DNA from: an uncultured delta proteobacterium
GTDB taxonomy: Bacteria; Desulfobacterota; Binatia; UBA9968
Length of the DNA: 64,000 nt
Assembly (NCBI GenBank): GCA_963840855.1
Contig: CAWJBB010000074.1
Location: 1-64,000 of the forward strand
Direction of reading: 5' to 3'
Below, piece by piece: positions 31,742 through 40,186 of this stretch. Position 1 is the first letter of the stretch. The number at the start of each line of letters is the position of its first letter. A program made the position numbers and the translations under genes. The notes under the pieces are model-generated. The model worked only from the letters and a program-made list of their open reading frames with translations, ran no database searches and was not told where the DNA came from.

Positions 31742-32784
31742 ATGGCCACTGCTCAAGGACTCACATACGCCAAAGCCGGCGTCAGTATTGACGCCGGCGA
31801 TGAGCTGGTGCGCCGTATCCGTCCCATCGCCCGCAAAACCATTGTTCCCGGCGTTTTGGCGGGCGTGGGTGGGTTCGGCGCCCTGTTTGAACTCGAAGGC
31901 CGCGGCTACAGCGAGCCCGTTCTGGTGTCGTCCACCGATGGTGTCGGCACCAAGCTCAAAATCGCTTTCATGACCGGAATCCATGACACGGTGGGCATCG
32001 ATCTGGTCGCCATGAGCGTTAACGACATTCTCACCCAGGGCGCCGAGCCGCTCTTCTTCCTCGACTATTTCGTGTGCGGCAAGCTAAATGTGAAAATCGC
32101 CGAGGCGGTAGTGCACGGCATCGCCGACGGGTGCCGCCAGGCCGGTTGTGTCTTGATTGGCGGCGAGACCGCCGAGCATCCGGGAGACTACCCCAGGGGT
32201 GAATATGATCTCGCCGGCTTTGCCGTCGGCGTCGTGGAAAAAAAAAGATGATTGACCCGCGGGCTATCGTTGCCGGCGATATACTGATCGGCCTGCCGTC
32301 GAGCGGCCTTCATAGCAACGGTTATTCACTGGCGCGCAAGGTGTTACTCGATATCGGCGGCATGAAATTAGGCAGGCGCGTGCACGAGCTGGGCCGAAGC
32401 TTGGGCGAGGAATTGCTGGAGCCGACGCGCATCTACGCCAACACCATGCGCAAGCTGCTGCGCCGTTTTCCGGTCAAAGGCGCGGCGCATATCACCGGCG
32501 GCGGCATTACAGGCAATCTGCCGCGGGTACTGCCGCGCGGCGCCCGGGCGCACATCGAACGCCGTAGCTGGCCGGTGCCGCCCATCTTCGATTTGATTCA
32601 AAAGACCGGGAGTGTTTCCCAGGCTGAGATGGACCGCACGTTTAACAATGGCCTCGGCATGATTCTTGTGGTCGCGCAGCGAGAGGCCGATAACATACTC
32701 GGAGCGCTCAAAAAAATGGGCGAGCGATGTTTCGTGATCGGTGCGATCCACAGAGGTGTAAAAGGCGCGAGCATTAGCGTATAG
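31742..32784 (+). CDS. purM: Phosphoribosylformylglycinamidine cyclo-ligase; frameshift in an A9 run at 32238-32246
   Basis: [32 protein letters not shown]; continues [28 protein letters not shown]. Confidence 0.95.
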
Positions 32785-32793
32785 GATCATCCT

Positions 32794-33456
32794 ATGGCGC
32801 GACAACTTCCCATTGGCGTGCTGATTTCCGGCGGCGGCACCAATTTGCAAGCGATCATCGATGCCATCGAAGCAAAGCGCTTGGACGCGGCGATCAAGCT
32901 CGTGCTCAGCAACAAAGTGGACGCCTATGGACTCGTGCGGGCCAAGAACCACGGGATTGCGACGGAAATTCTCGACCACAGGAAATATTCCAGCCGCGAA
33001 ACCTACGACGAGGCCGTCGTTGATTTACTCCGCGCGCATGGTGTCGAACTGGTCGTCCTGGCCGGCTTCATGCGCCTGCTCTCGCCGGTCTTTGTCAAGG
33101 CTTACTCCAACCGCATCATGAACATTCATCCGGCGCTCTTGCCGTCGTTTCCCGGCCTCCACGTGCAAAAGAAAGCCGTGGAGTATGGCGTGCGCTTTTC
33201 CGGCTGCACGGTGCATTTCGTCAACGATGAATGCGACGAAGGGCCGATCATCATTCAAGCCGTCGTGCCGGTTTTTGCCGATGACACCGAGGCGAAACTG
33301 GCGGCGCGCATTCTCAAAGAGGAACATCGGATCTACCCCCGCGCGATCCAGCTTTACGCCGAAGGAAGGCTGCGGGTTGACGGCCGCAGGGTGATCGTCG
33401 CCGGCACCGCCAACGACGAAAACGCAGCTCTCATCGAACCCCCGCTGGACGGATGA
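32794..33456 (+). CDS. purN: Phosphoribosylglycinamide formyltransferase
   Basis: LISGGGTNLQAII, LAGFMR, NIHPALLPSFPG, GCTVHFV....D.GPII.Q. Confidence 0.97.
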   Translation: MARQLPIGVLISGGGTNLQAIIDAIEAKRLDAAIKLVLSNKVDAYGLVRAKNHGIATEILDHRKYSSRETYDEAVVDLLRAHGVELVVLAGFMRLLSPVFVKAYSNRIMNIHPALLPSFPGLHVQKKAVEYGVRFSGCTVHFVNDECDEGPIIIQAVVPVFADDTEAKLAARILKEEHRIYPRAIQLYAEGRLRVDGRRVIVAGTANDENAALIEPPLDG

Positions 33457-34427
33457 AGAAATTCAAGCCTGCCGTCATTTTATTGATTAAGCTCCTGGTG
33501 AGCGGGGGGCTGATCGCCTATATTCTCACGCGTATTCATATCGAGCGGTCGTTACACACACTGGTCTCGGCAAAATTGTCTTTTATTGTATTGGCGCTGG
33601 TCGTTTATCTATTCGCGCAGGCGTTAAGTGCCGTTAGATGGACGGTTCTGGTTCGTCCCTTGGGAATCAAGACCCCTTTTAGAGACCTGGTCAGTTACTA
33701 TATGATCGGGATGTTTTTCAACCTGTTCGCGCCTGGTACGGTTGGCGGTGATGTAAGCCGCGTCTATTACCTGGTAAAAGACCAGCAACGAGATGATCAG
33801 GGCGGGACCGTGCCCACGGTTCGCGCCGCGATGTCCGTTCTCATGGATCGTGCAATCGGTATGGCGGTGTTGATTTGGATGGGGGCCGCGGGACTCATAC
33901 TATTTCCCGGCTACCCGGTGCCTGCTGCTATTCGATCTTTGACTTTGATGCTTGCCCTTGGTTTCGCCATCTGCACAGTGCTGATTCCCGTGTTGCGGCG
34001 CGTGCTGCCCGAGGATGGGAATTCGCTCATCGTCAAGTTACGACTGGTCTTGCGAGGCTACAGGGCTCATTGGCACGCCATCGCCGTGGGGATTCTGCTT
34101 TCGTTGATTGTTCATTTGATCCAAGCCTGGATGCATCTCGTAATGGGGCGTGCGTTGAATCTGGCGATTCCGTTTTCATTCTGTCTCATCGTCTATCCAC
34201 TGGTAGGAACATTCGCCGCGATCCCCATCAGCCTGAATGGCCTCGGTCTGCGTGAGGGAGGGTATATCTTTCTGCTGGGGCTCATCGGTATCGATTCCGA
34301 GAACGGTATCGCTTTTGCTTTGCTGCTCTTTCTGATCGTCGCGACGGACAGTTTGATCGGCGGAATAATTTTCCTCCTAAAGAAGACTCCGAGACCATCG
34401 GCCAACGCCGCTGCAGCGCGGCTCTAA
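33453..34427 (+). CDS. Lysylphosphatidylglycerol synthase TM-domain (flippase-like, UPF0104) protein
   Basis: RW, IGMFFN.F.PG.VGGD..R, SV.MDR.IG, PIS.NGLG.REG. Confidence 0.85.
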   Translation: MKKFKPAVILLIKLLVSGGLIAYILTRIHIERSLHTLVSAKLSFIVLALVVYLFAQALSAVRWTVLVRPLGIKTPFRDLVSYYMIGMFFNLFAPGTVGGDVSRVYYLVKDQQRDDQGGTVPTVRAAMSVLMDRAIGMAVLIWMGAAGLILFPGYPVPAAIRSLTLMLALGFAICTVLIPVLRRVLPEDGNSLIVKLRLVLRGYRAHWHAIAVGILLSLIVHLIQAWMHLVMGRALNLAIPFSFCLIVYPLVGTFAAIPISLNGLGLREGGYIFLLGLIGIDSENGIAFALLLFLIVATDSLIGGIIFLLKKTPRPSANAAAARL

Positions 34428-35776
34428 GTCAGGTAACGAATAAATATCGTTGCCAGACCGAGAAACGACAGGAAGCCAAACGCATCGGTCAAGCAGGTGA
34501 CGACGATGCCGGAGCCCAGCGCTGGATCGAATTTCAACGCTTGTAACATCAAGGGAATCACGGCGCCCGATAAACCAGCCACAAGGCCGAGATTGATAAT
34601 CATCGCGCAGGCGAGCACCAGTCCCAGGAACGGATTGCCTTTCCACAGGAGCGCTGCGGTGGCGATTACCGCGCCGGCGGCCAGCGCCAAGCAAATGTTG
34701 ACCGATACCTGTTTGACGACGGCCTTCCATGCCGACGCGAACTCGAGCTCGCCCAAGGCGATGGCTCGAATAATGACCGTCGCCGTCTGGGTCGCGCCGT
34801 TGCCGCCGACGCCGGCGATTATTGGCATGAAAGTTACCAGCGCGATCAACTCATGAAGCGTGCCTTCGAAAAATCCCACCACCGAGGCCGCCAGAGTGGC
34901 CGTCAGCAAGTTCACTATGGTCCACGGCAAGCGCATGCGCACCGAACGCGCCACGGGGGTAAAGACGCGGTCTTCTTCGGCTAGACCCGCCATCTTATAC
35001 ATGTCCTCGGTGCTCTCTTCGTTGATGATATCGATGACGTCATCGACGGTGATGATGCCCTCAAGGTGGCCGCCTTCATCGACGATGGGCAGAGCGAGAA
35101 GCTCGTATTTTGCCACCAGGCGCGCTGCCGCTTCCTGGTCCATGAAAACGTCGGCGTGGATCGGCTCGGCGATCATCATCTCGCTCAGCGTGCGGTCCGG
35201 CGGCGCGATGACGAGATTGCGGATGGGGACGACGCCCACCAGCTTGTTGGCGTCATCGACGACGTAGAGGTAGAAGAACGATTCGAGCTCGCCGCGTTCG
35301 CGAATCTTGTCGATGGCTCCCTGGGCCGTGGTCGATGGCGACAGTGCCATGAAATCGGTGTTCATAATTCTGCCGACGGTGCCTTCAGGGTAGCTGATCA
35401 GTTCGCGCACTTCGTCGCGCCGCTCGGGGTCGAGCAGCGACATCACGGCTTCGCGCCGTTGTTCCGGCAGGCTGTCGATGAAAGTCACGGCGTCGTCCGG
35501 ATCGGCGCGCACGATCAAACGCGCGACGCGCTCATCGTCGATCAGGGCCAAGATATCGGGCAACAGTTCGGGGGGGAGCTCCTTCAACGTCTTTTCCGCG
35601 CGCCGCGCCGAAAACAGTATTTCAAAAAGCTTTCGCACTTCGGCGGGCTCCAGCCCTTTGAACAGCAAAGCGAGATCCGCGGGATGGGCTTTGCCGATGA
35701 ATCTGAGCACGCGGTCCGGGGTGGCGGTGCGCAGCATCTCGCGTACGGTATCGTAATCGATGGACGAGGCTTTCAT
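34424..35776 (-). CDS. mgtE: Magnesium transporter MgtE
   Basis: HPADLA, CBS pair (YLYVVD, GIITVDD), RLPW..VNL, GGN..TQ, DPA..SG...T..TD..GF. Confidence 0.95.
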   Translation of the reverse strand: MKASSIDYDTVREMLRTATPDRVLRFIGKAHPADLALLFKGLEPAEVRKLFEILFSARRAEKTLKELPPELLPDILALIDDERVARLIVRADPDDAVTFIDSLPEQRREAVMSLLDPERRDEVRELISYPEGTVGRIMNTDFMALSPSTTAQGAIDKIRERGELESFFYLYVVDDANKLVGVVPIRNLVIAPPDRTLSEMMIAEPIHADVFMDQEAAARLVAKYELLALPIVDEGGHLEGIITVDDVIDIINEESTEDMYKMAGLAEEDRVFTPVARSVRMRLPWTIVNLLTATLAASVVGFFEGTLHELIALVTFMPIIAGVGGNGATQTATVIIRAIALGELEFASAWKAVVKQVSVNICLALAAGAVIATAALLWKGNPFLGLVLACAMIINLGLVAGLSGAVIPLMLQALKFDPALGSGIVVTCLTDAFGFLSFLGLATIFIRYLT

Positions 35777-35915
35777 GGCGTTTATCCGTGGCGCTTTGTC
35801 TTCTTAACCACTGCACCGTGGTTTTGCAAATGTTTTCGGCGGCTTTTAGCGGTCACTTAAACCACGCGCTGAAATTTGCTATGTTTCCGTTGTCCCGTCG
35901 GGACCCGAGGCGCGT

Positions 35916-37361
35916 ATGAAATTCACTCCATCGAGATTTTTGCTCGCGGCAATGTTTAGCATGGCCGTCGCAGCGCCGCAGTCGCCTCTGTTGTTCTCAA
36001 ACATCGGCGCGCCGCGGGCGATGGCGGCCAATCTCACCGCTCTGGAAAATCGACCGCCTTCCTTCGCCGCCATCGCCAAGCGGACAATGCCGGTGGTGGT
36101 CAATATTTTTACCACGTCGCAACGGGCCGCCCGCGGCGGCTCGAGCGACCCCATCGATGACTTTTTCGGGCGCTTATTCGGCGAAGCAAATCCCCGGGAA
36201 AACAGCTCGCGTAGCCTCGGTTCCGGAATCCTCATCAGCAGGGACGGCGAGGTCCTGACCAGCTATCACGTCGTGCGCTACGCTGACATCATCAAAGTCC
36301 GCTTGTCCGATCACAGCGAATATGAAGCCCGTCTTATCGGCAAAGACGTCAAGACCGATCTTGCGCTCATCAAGATGAGGAGATCCGGCGGAGTTTTGCC
36401 GTTCGCGCGCCTGGGAAGTTCCAGCCAGCTGGATGTCGGCGATTGGGTTATGGCCATCGGTAACCCCTTTGGCTTAGAGCACACGGTCACGGCCGGCATC
36501 GTCAGCGCCAAAGGACGGGTCATCGGCGCCGGACCCTATGACAGCTTCATTCAGACCGATGCCTCAATCAATCCCGGCAACAGCGGCGGCCCATTGATCA
36601 ACGCCGTTGGCGAGGTCGTGGGCGTCAATAGTGCCATATTCAGCCAGAGCGGCGGCGGCAACATAGGCATCGGCTTCGCCATTCCCATCGACCTGGCGAA
36701 GAAAGTCGCCGAACAGTTGCGCAAAAACGGCCGCGTTGTGCGCGGCTGGCTCGGTATCCGCGCCCAAGATGTCTCGCCGCAACTTGCCGCGTCGTTGGGA
36801 GTTGCGCGGCCTGGCGGGGATATGGCTCAGGTCACCGACGTGTCCGAGGGGAGCCCGGCAGCGGAAGCCGGAGTGAAGATGGGCGATTTGATCGTCGAAT
36901 ACAACGGCAAAACCGTGCCGAAGAGCCTCGATTTTCCCGCCGTGATCGCGGACACGGCGCCGGGTCAGAAAGCGATTCTTAAGATTGTCCGCGATAAGAA
37001 AGAGATGACGATCTCAGTAAAGATCGGCGAGCTGGCGGAGGAGAGCGACGCAGCGCTGACGGCCGAGGCCAAGGACCCTGAGCTTGGCATCAAAGTTCAG
37101 CGGATTACCCCGGAAGCGGCGCGCCGCCTGGGTTTGAACTCCACCAAAGGCGTGTTGGTTTTGGAGGTCCAACCGGGAAGTCCCGCGGACTCGATTGGGT
37201 TGGAGCCTGCCGACGTGATCCGCGAAGTCAACCAGCGCCCGGTCAATAACGTCAACGACTTCGAACGAGCCATGCGCCAGGGGCGGCGCGGCGAGCGTAT
37301 CTTGCTGCTTGTGCAGAGGGGCGATAACGCGGTATTCTTCGCCTTGAAGCGCAAGGGCTAG
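35916..37361 (+). CDS. DegP/DegQ (Do family) serine endoprotease with two PDZ domains
   Basis: SLGSG, HVV, TDLAL, AIGNPFGL..TVTAGIVSA, IQTDASINPGNSGG. Confidence 0.95.
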   Translation: MKFTPSRFLLAAMFSMAVAAPQSPLLFSNIGAPRAMAANLTALENRPPSFAAIAKRTMPVVVNIFTTSQRAARGGSSDPIDDFFGRLFGEANPRENSSRSLGSGILISRDGEVLTSYHVVRYADIIKVRLSDHSEYEARLIGKDVKTDLALIKMRRSGGVLPFARLGSSSQLDVGDWVMAIGNPFGLEHTVTAGIVSAKGRVIGAGPYDSFIQTDASINPGNSGGPLINAVGEVVGVNSAIFSQSGGGNIGIGFAIPIDLAKKVAEQLRKNGRVVRGWLGIRAQDVSPQLAASLGVARPGGDMAQVTDVSEGSPAAEAGVKMGDLIVEYNGKTVPKSLDFPAVIADTAPGQKAILKIVRDKKEMTISVKIGELAEESDAALTAEAKDPELGIKVQRITPEAARRLGLNSTKGVLVLEVQPGSPADSIGLEPADVIREVNQRPVNNVNDFERAMRQGRRGERILLLVQRGDNAVFFALKRKG

Positions 37362-37438
37362 CGCGTTACTGTAAGCTACGTCCTGGTTGCTCAAAAAGAT
37401 CTCAGAAGCGAGGCGGGTAACGAGTGCGCTTGCAACAG

Positions 37439-37501
37439 TCGAAGATTAAGAATCGAGGATTGAACATCGCTTTCTTCCATCCTCTATCGTCGATCCTCAA
37501 T
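37439..37501. repeat. Heptamer-periodic inverted repeat (GAGGATY)n...(RATCCTC)n
   Basis: GAAGATT AAGAATC GAGGATT GAACATC ... CATCCTC TATCGTC GATCCTC. Confidence 0.65.
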
Positions 37502-37542
37502 TGTCATAATAGGGCTTTATTAGGAGCCCACTAGGAGGATTC

Positions 37543-37743
37543 ATGTTTGGACTCGGCATGCAGGAACTCTTGATCATTCTCGCCATCGCTCTCGTCGTCT
37601 TCGGCCCCAGCAAGCTGCCGCAGATCGGCGCCGGTCTGGGTAAAGCGATCCGCGACTTCAAAAAAGGCGTGAGCAGCAACGACGAAAATGAAGAAGCGGA
37701 AAAAGACGCTAAAAAAGCAGCCGGCAAAGACCTGCCCAATTAG
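37543..37743 (+). CDS. tatA: Twin-arginine translocase TatA/TatE subunit
   Basis: [40 protein letters not shown]; SD AGGAGG. Confidence 0.95.
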   Translation: MFGLGMQELLIILAIALVVFGPSKLPQIGAGLGKAIRDFKKGVSSNDENEEAEKDAKKAAGKDLPN

Positions 37744-37957
37744 TTTTGTCGATCGGACCAGCTTTGCCTCAATTGGCCATCACAGGATTCGCCTCGGACC
37801 CCCCACGTCAGCCAGTTTCGTTTTAAGAGGCACGTCATAGTTCTGCCCTAACCCAGAGGGCGGGGGAACGCGAGAACGCAAACTGATTTTTGAAGTATCT
37901 CACTATTGACTTGTCGGAAATCAAGGACGACGGCAATTTTTCTGGTTAGGATTTACG

Positions 37958-38494
37958 TTATGTTCTCGAGTCTTGTAGAGTGTATTCCAACGCTTCGAGC
38001 TCGTCGGCCAAGTAACTTGCGTCCTCGCGCGGCCGGCGCAGTTTGTTCCGTAATCAAGTGTTCTCTGGAGAGCACAGCGACCGGTTGATCGGCGAGATTT
38101 CGAAATCATCCGGTCTGCCCAAGCTTCTTCGAACTGGACCCCGTCGATCATGGTCAAGACATCGACTTAGCCGGCTATGGGTTCTCGCCCCGATCTGGAA
38201 AATGAGGCCGGATAGTCGAACAGGTCTTTCTCGCGTTAGAGTCATGCAACGCAGGCCACGCCATGTAGAAGGTGTAGGCGTGAGGGCTTCAATGACTCGT
38301 GCTTGCGCAGTTGTGTCTCGCTTAGGCAAGGCACGGGCGACCCAGACGTCGCAGGTCTTGGGTCGCCCTGCAGGATGCCATGAAATCGCCGCTCCGCGCG
38401 CTGCCGAAGCGGCTAACCAGTAAGCGGCGCTCTTGAGACCACGCAATGAAATTGAACTTGCTCGCCGGCGTTGCAACTCCGTCTGCCTAATCAT
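37958..38494 (-). pseudogene. Heavily frameshifted DUF6036-like (minimal) nucleotidyltransferase
   Basis: Family-like motifs scattered over three frames in the expected order: DVWV, ARVIEAL, GLIFQIG, LTMIDGVQFEEAW.DR, QPVAVLSREHLI, RTQ..LAD..EALE. Confidence 0.6.
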
Positions 38495-38687
38495 GCCATC
38501 CTCCAGAGTCTTGCACGTACGGATGGGCTTGGTTCGGTTGCCAAACTAGGCAGAGCAGGGTCAATTCCCATACAGCGTTCATCCGCTCTTCGGGCGTAGC
38601 GTTGTCCCAATATTGCCCATCGGGAACGGGGTCTCCGGGGCGGATGATGCGGCTAGTGATCTTCTTGCGTTTGGTCGGATGGTTCAT
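38487..38687 (-). CDS. Small hypothetical protein (YW..ATPEER..AVWELT), probable partner of the downstream nucleotidyltransferase
   Basis: 66 aa; overlaps the start of the nucleotidyltransferase remnant; C-terminus may be corrupted. Confidence 0.55.
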   Translation of the reverse strand: MNHPTKRKKITSRIIRPGDPVPDGQYWDNATPEERMNAVWELTLLCLVWQPNQAHPYVQDSGGWHD

Positions 38688-38765
38688 ACAATGACTTTAT
38701 AACACATTCCAAAGAACACTTCTGCTCATCGTTTTGGCACCGGTCTTCTTACTCGCGCTTCCGCC

Positions 38766-38864
38766 TCACCACCCTGACCTTTTTGGATCCCAGAGAATGG
38801 CCACGCGAGAGGCCTTGGGAACAGCCTCCTTGAATAGCTGCAGCCGCTTGCCGCTAATTTCCGC
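38766..38864 (-). pseudogene. Internal fragment of an ABC_sub_bind (Trp/Tyr-type) substrate-binding protein
   Basis: Reads AEISGKRLQLFKEAVPKASRVAILWDPK, the family motif; no start codon and no flanking domains. Confidence 0.6.
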
Positions 38865-39059
38865 CCGGGTTCGGAGGTCAAAATCACGGAAAACAGGGAT
38901 ATCTCAGGAGATTTTGGAGAACGTAGATTGAGTGCGGCGCAACGGGAAGGTCAGGGTGTAGTCGATTTGATACTGCGTGTATCAAAACTGCTACAGCTCG
39001 ACGCACCTTTGCCGAGGATTTCATCATGAACAAACTCTTTGCGAATGATGGCGCGAAGC

Positions 39060-39710
39060 TCAGTGCTCACGCAGTGAATGATGGTTGTTACTCGTCTTGG
39101 TGCCGACCAATACCGTATAAAGCGAGGTCTTGGAAGTTTTGTAGATACGCTCGACGGTCAGATTGGTGGTTTCGATAAAAGCTTTCAATTTGAGATCAGT
39201 GCGCCAGCCCAACCAGCGAGTGAGCGGGTCCAGTGAGCGCGTCACCGATCCGAGTACAGGAACATCGCTGGTGAAGTGATTGACAATCACGATTTTGCCG
39301 CCGGGCTTACAGACGCGCTGAGCCTCGTTGATCATCGCCACTGGATCGGGAACCACGGTGACGACATGAAACGCCATCACGAAATCGAACGAGTTGTCCG
39401 GAAAGTTCAAGGCCAAAGCGTTCATTTCCAAGACCTTGATGTGGGTCCATCCGTTTTCGGCAATTTTTTGCCGGGCCCGCGTTAGCATGTCGGGCGCTAG
39501 ATCAATACCGGTTACCTGGCAATGAGTGGGATAGGCCGGAAAAGAAGTTCCGGTGCCGGCGCCGACTTCGAGAACTTTGGCGCCGCGCGGAATGTGCGAA
39601 TCTTCGATGACGCGCTCCAGGCGAGAGTAAAAAATCTTTCCGAAGACTCTGTCGTAGAGCGGAGCGAATTCGGAATAGAGCTTGCTTTCGTGCGCCTCAA
39701 TTTCACCCAT
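39060..39710 (-). CDS. Class I SAM methyltransferase, PmtA-like phospholipid N-methyltransferase
   Basis: APLYD.VFG, VLEVGAGTG, GIDL..DML..A, RVCKPGG.IVIVNHF; SD GAGG. Confidence 0.8.
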   Translation of the reverse strand: MGEIEAHESKLYSEFAPLYDRVFGKIFYSRLERVIEDSHIPRGAKVLEVGAGTGTSFPAYPTHCQVTGIDLAPDMLTRARQKIAENGWTHIKVLEMNALALNFPDNSFDFVMAFHVVTVVPDPVAMINEAQRVCKPGGKIVIVNHFTSDVPVLGSVTRSLDPLTRWLGWRTDLKLKAFIETTNLTVERIYKTSKTSLYTVLVGTKTSNNHHSLREH

Positions 39711-39739
39711 GAACCTCACCCCTCGCGTGAAAAGTTGCT

Positions 39740-39934
39740 TCAGGCATCACGTATATCCCGGCTCTGCTTTCTGAAAAAAACCGAGATATCTCTTTTGCGG
39801 AATCTCCATTGTTTGCCTTTTTTGAAGGCGGGCAAAATATTTTTACGGGCAAACTCGTTCACGGTGTCCGGGCTCATGTCCAGAATCACGGCGACCTGTT
39901 TGCTGTTCAACAGCTCCTCTTCTCGTTCCAACAT
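39740..39934 (-). CDS. Small excisionase-like/MerR-type HTH DNA-binding protein
   Basis: LLNSKQVA.IL.M...TV..FAR...LPAFK.GKQWRFR..DI; SD GAGG. Confidence 0.85.
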   Translation of the reverse strand: MLEREEELLNSKQVAVILDMSPDTVNEFARKNILPAFKKGKQWRFRKRDISVFFRKQSRDIRDA

Positions 39935-40186
39935 GGTTTCCCTCGAAGGACTAGACTTCGTTGCAAGTAGGCAAAAAGTTTTCTGGTTCTAACAAGTTCA
40001 CTTCGGGCTGTCAAGGAAATTGGCTGGAAATATTATCCGCTCGAATTGATGCGGCGGAACAATTCCTTGGCTTTTCCGCCCCTTGCGCGATATATAATGT
40101 TTCTTTAGCATAATAGCGGCCTAACTGTTAGACTAACTCTCCCTGAGCCTGGTGATAGCCCATCGACACGCACCGCGATTCATCTC

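Noticed and set aside
20918-32784. metH and purM as true pseudogenes (auxotrophy)
   Set aside because: Single indels in A-runs with fully conserved sequence on both sides; similar indels are scattered through the window.
38735-38750. Sigma54 promoter TGGCAC-N5-TTCT
   Set aside because: The -12 element lacks GC and it points toward no intact gene.
38966-38986. FNR box TTGAT...ATCAA
   Set aside because: The spacer is 9 nt rather than 4.
39740-39934. Excisionase as a marker of a prophage or integrative element
   Set aside because: No integrase, tRNA, att repeat or phage gene in the window; flanks are housekeeping.
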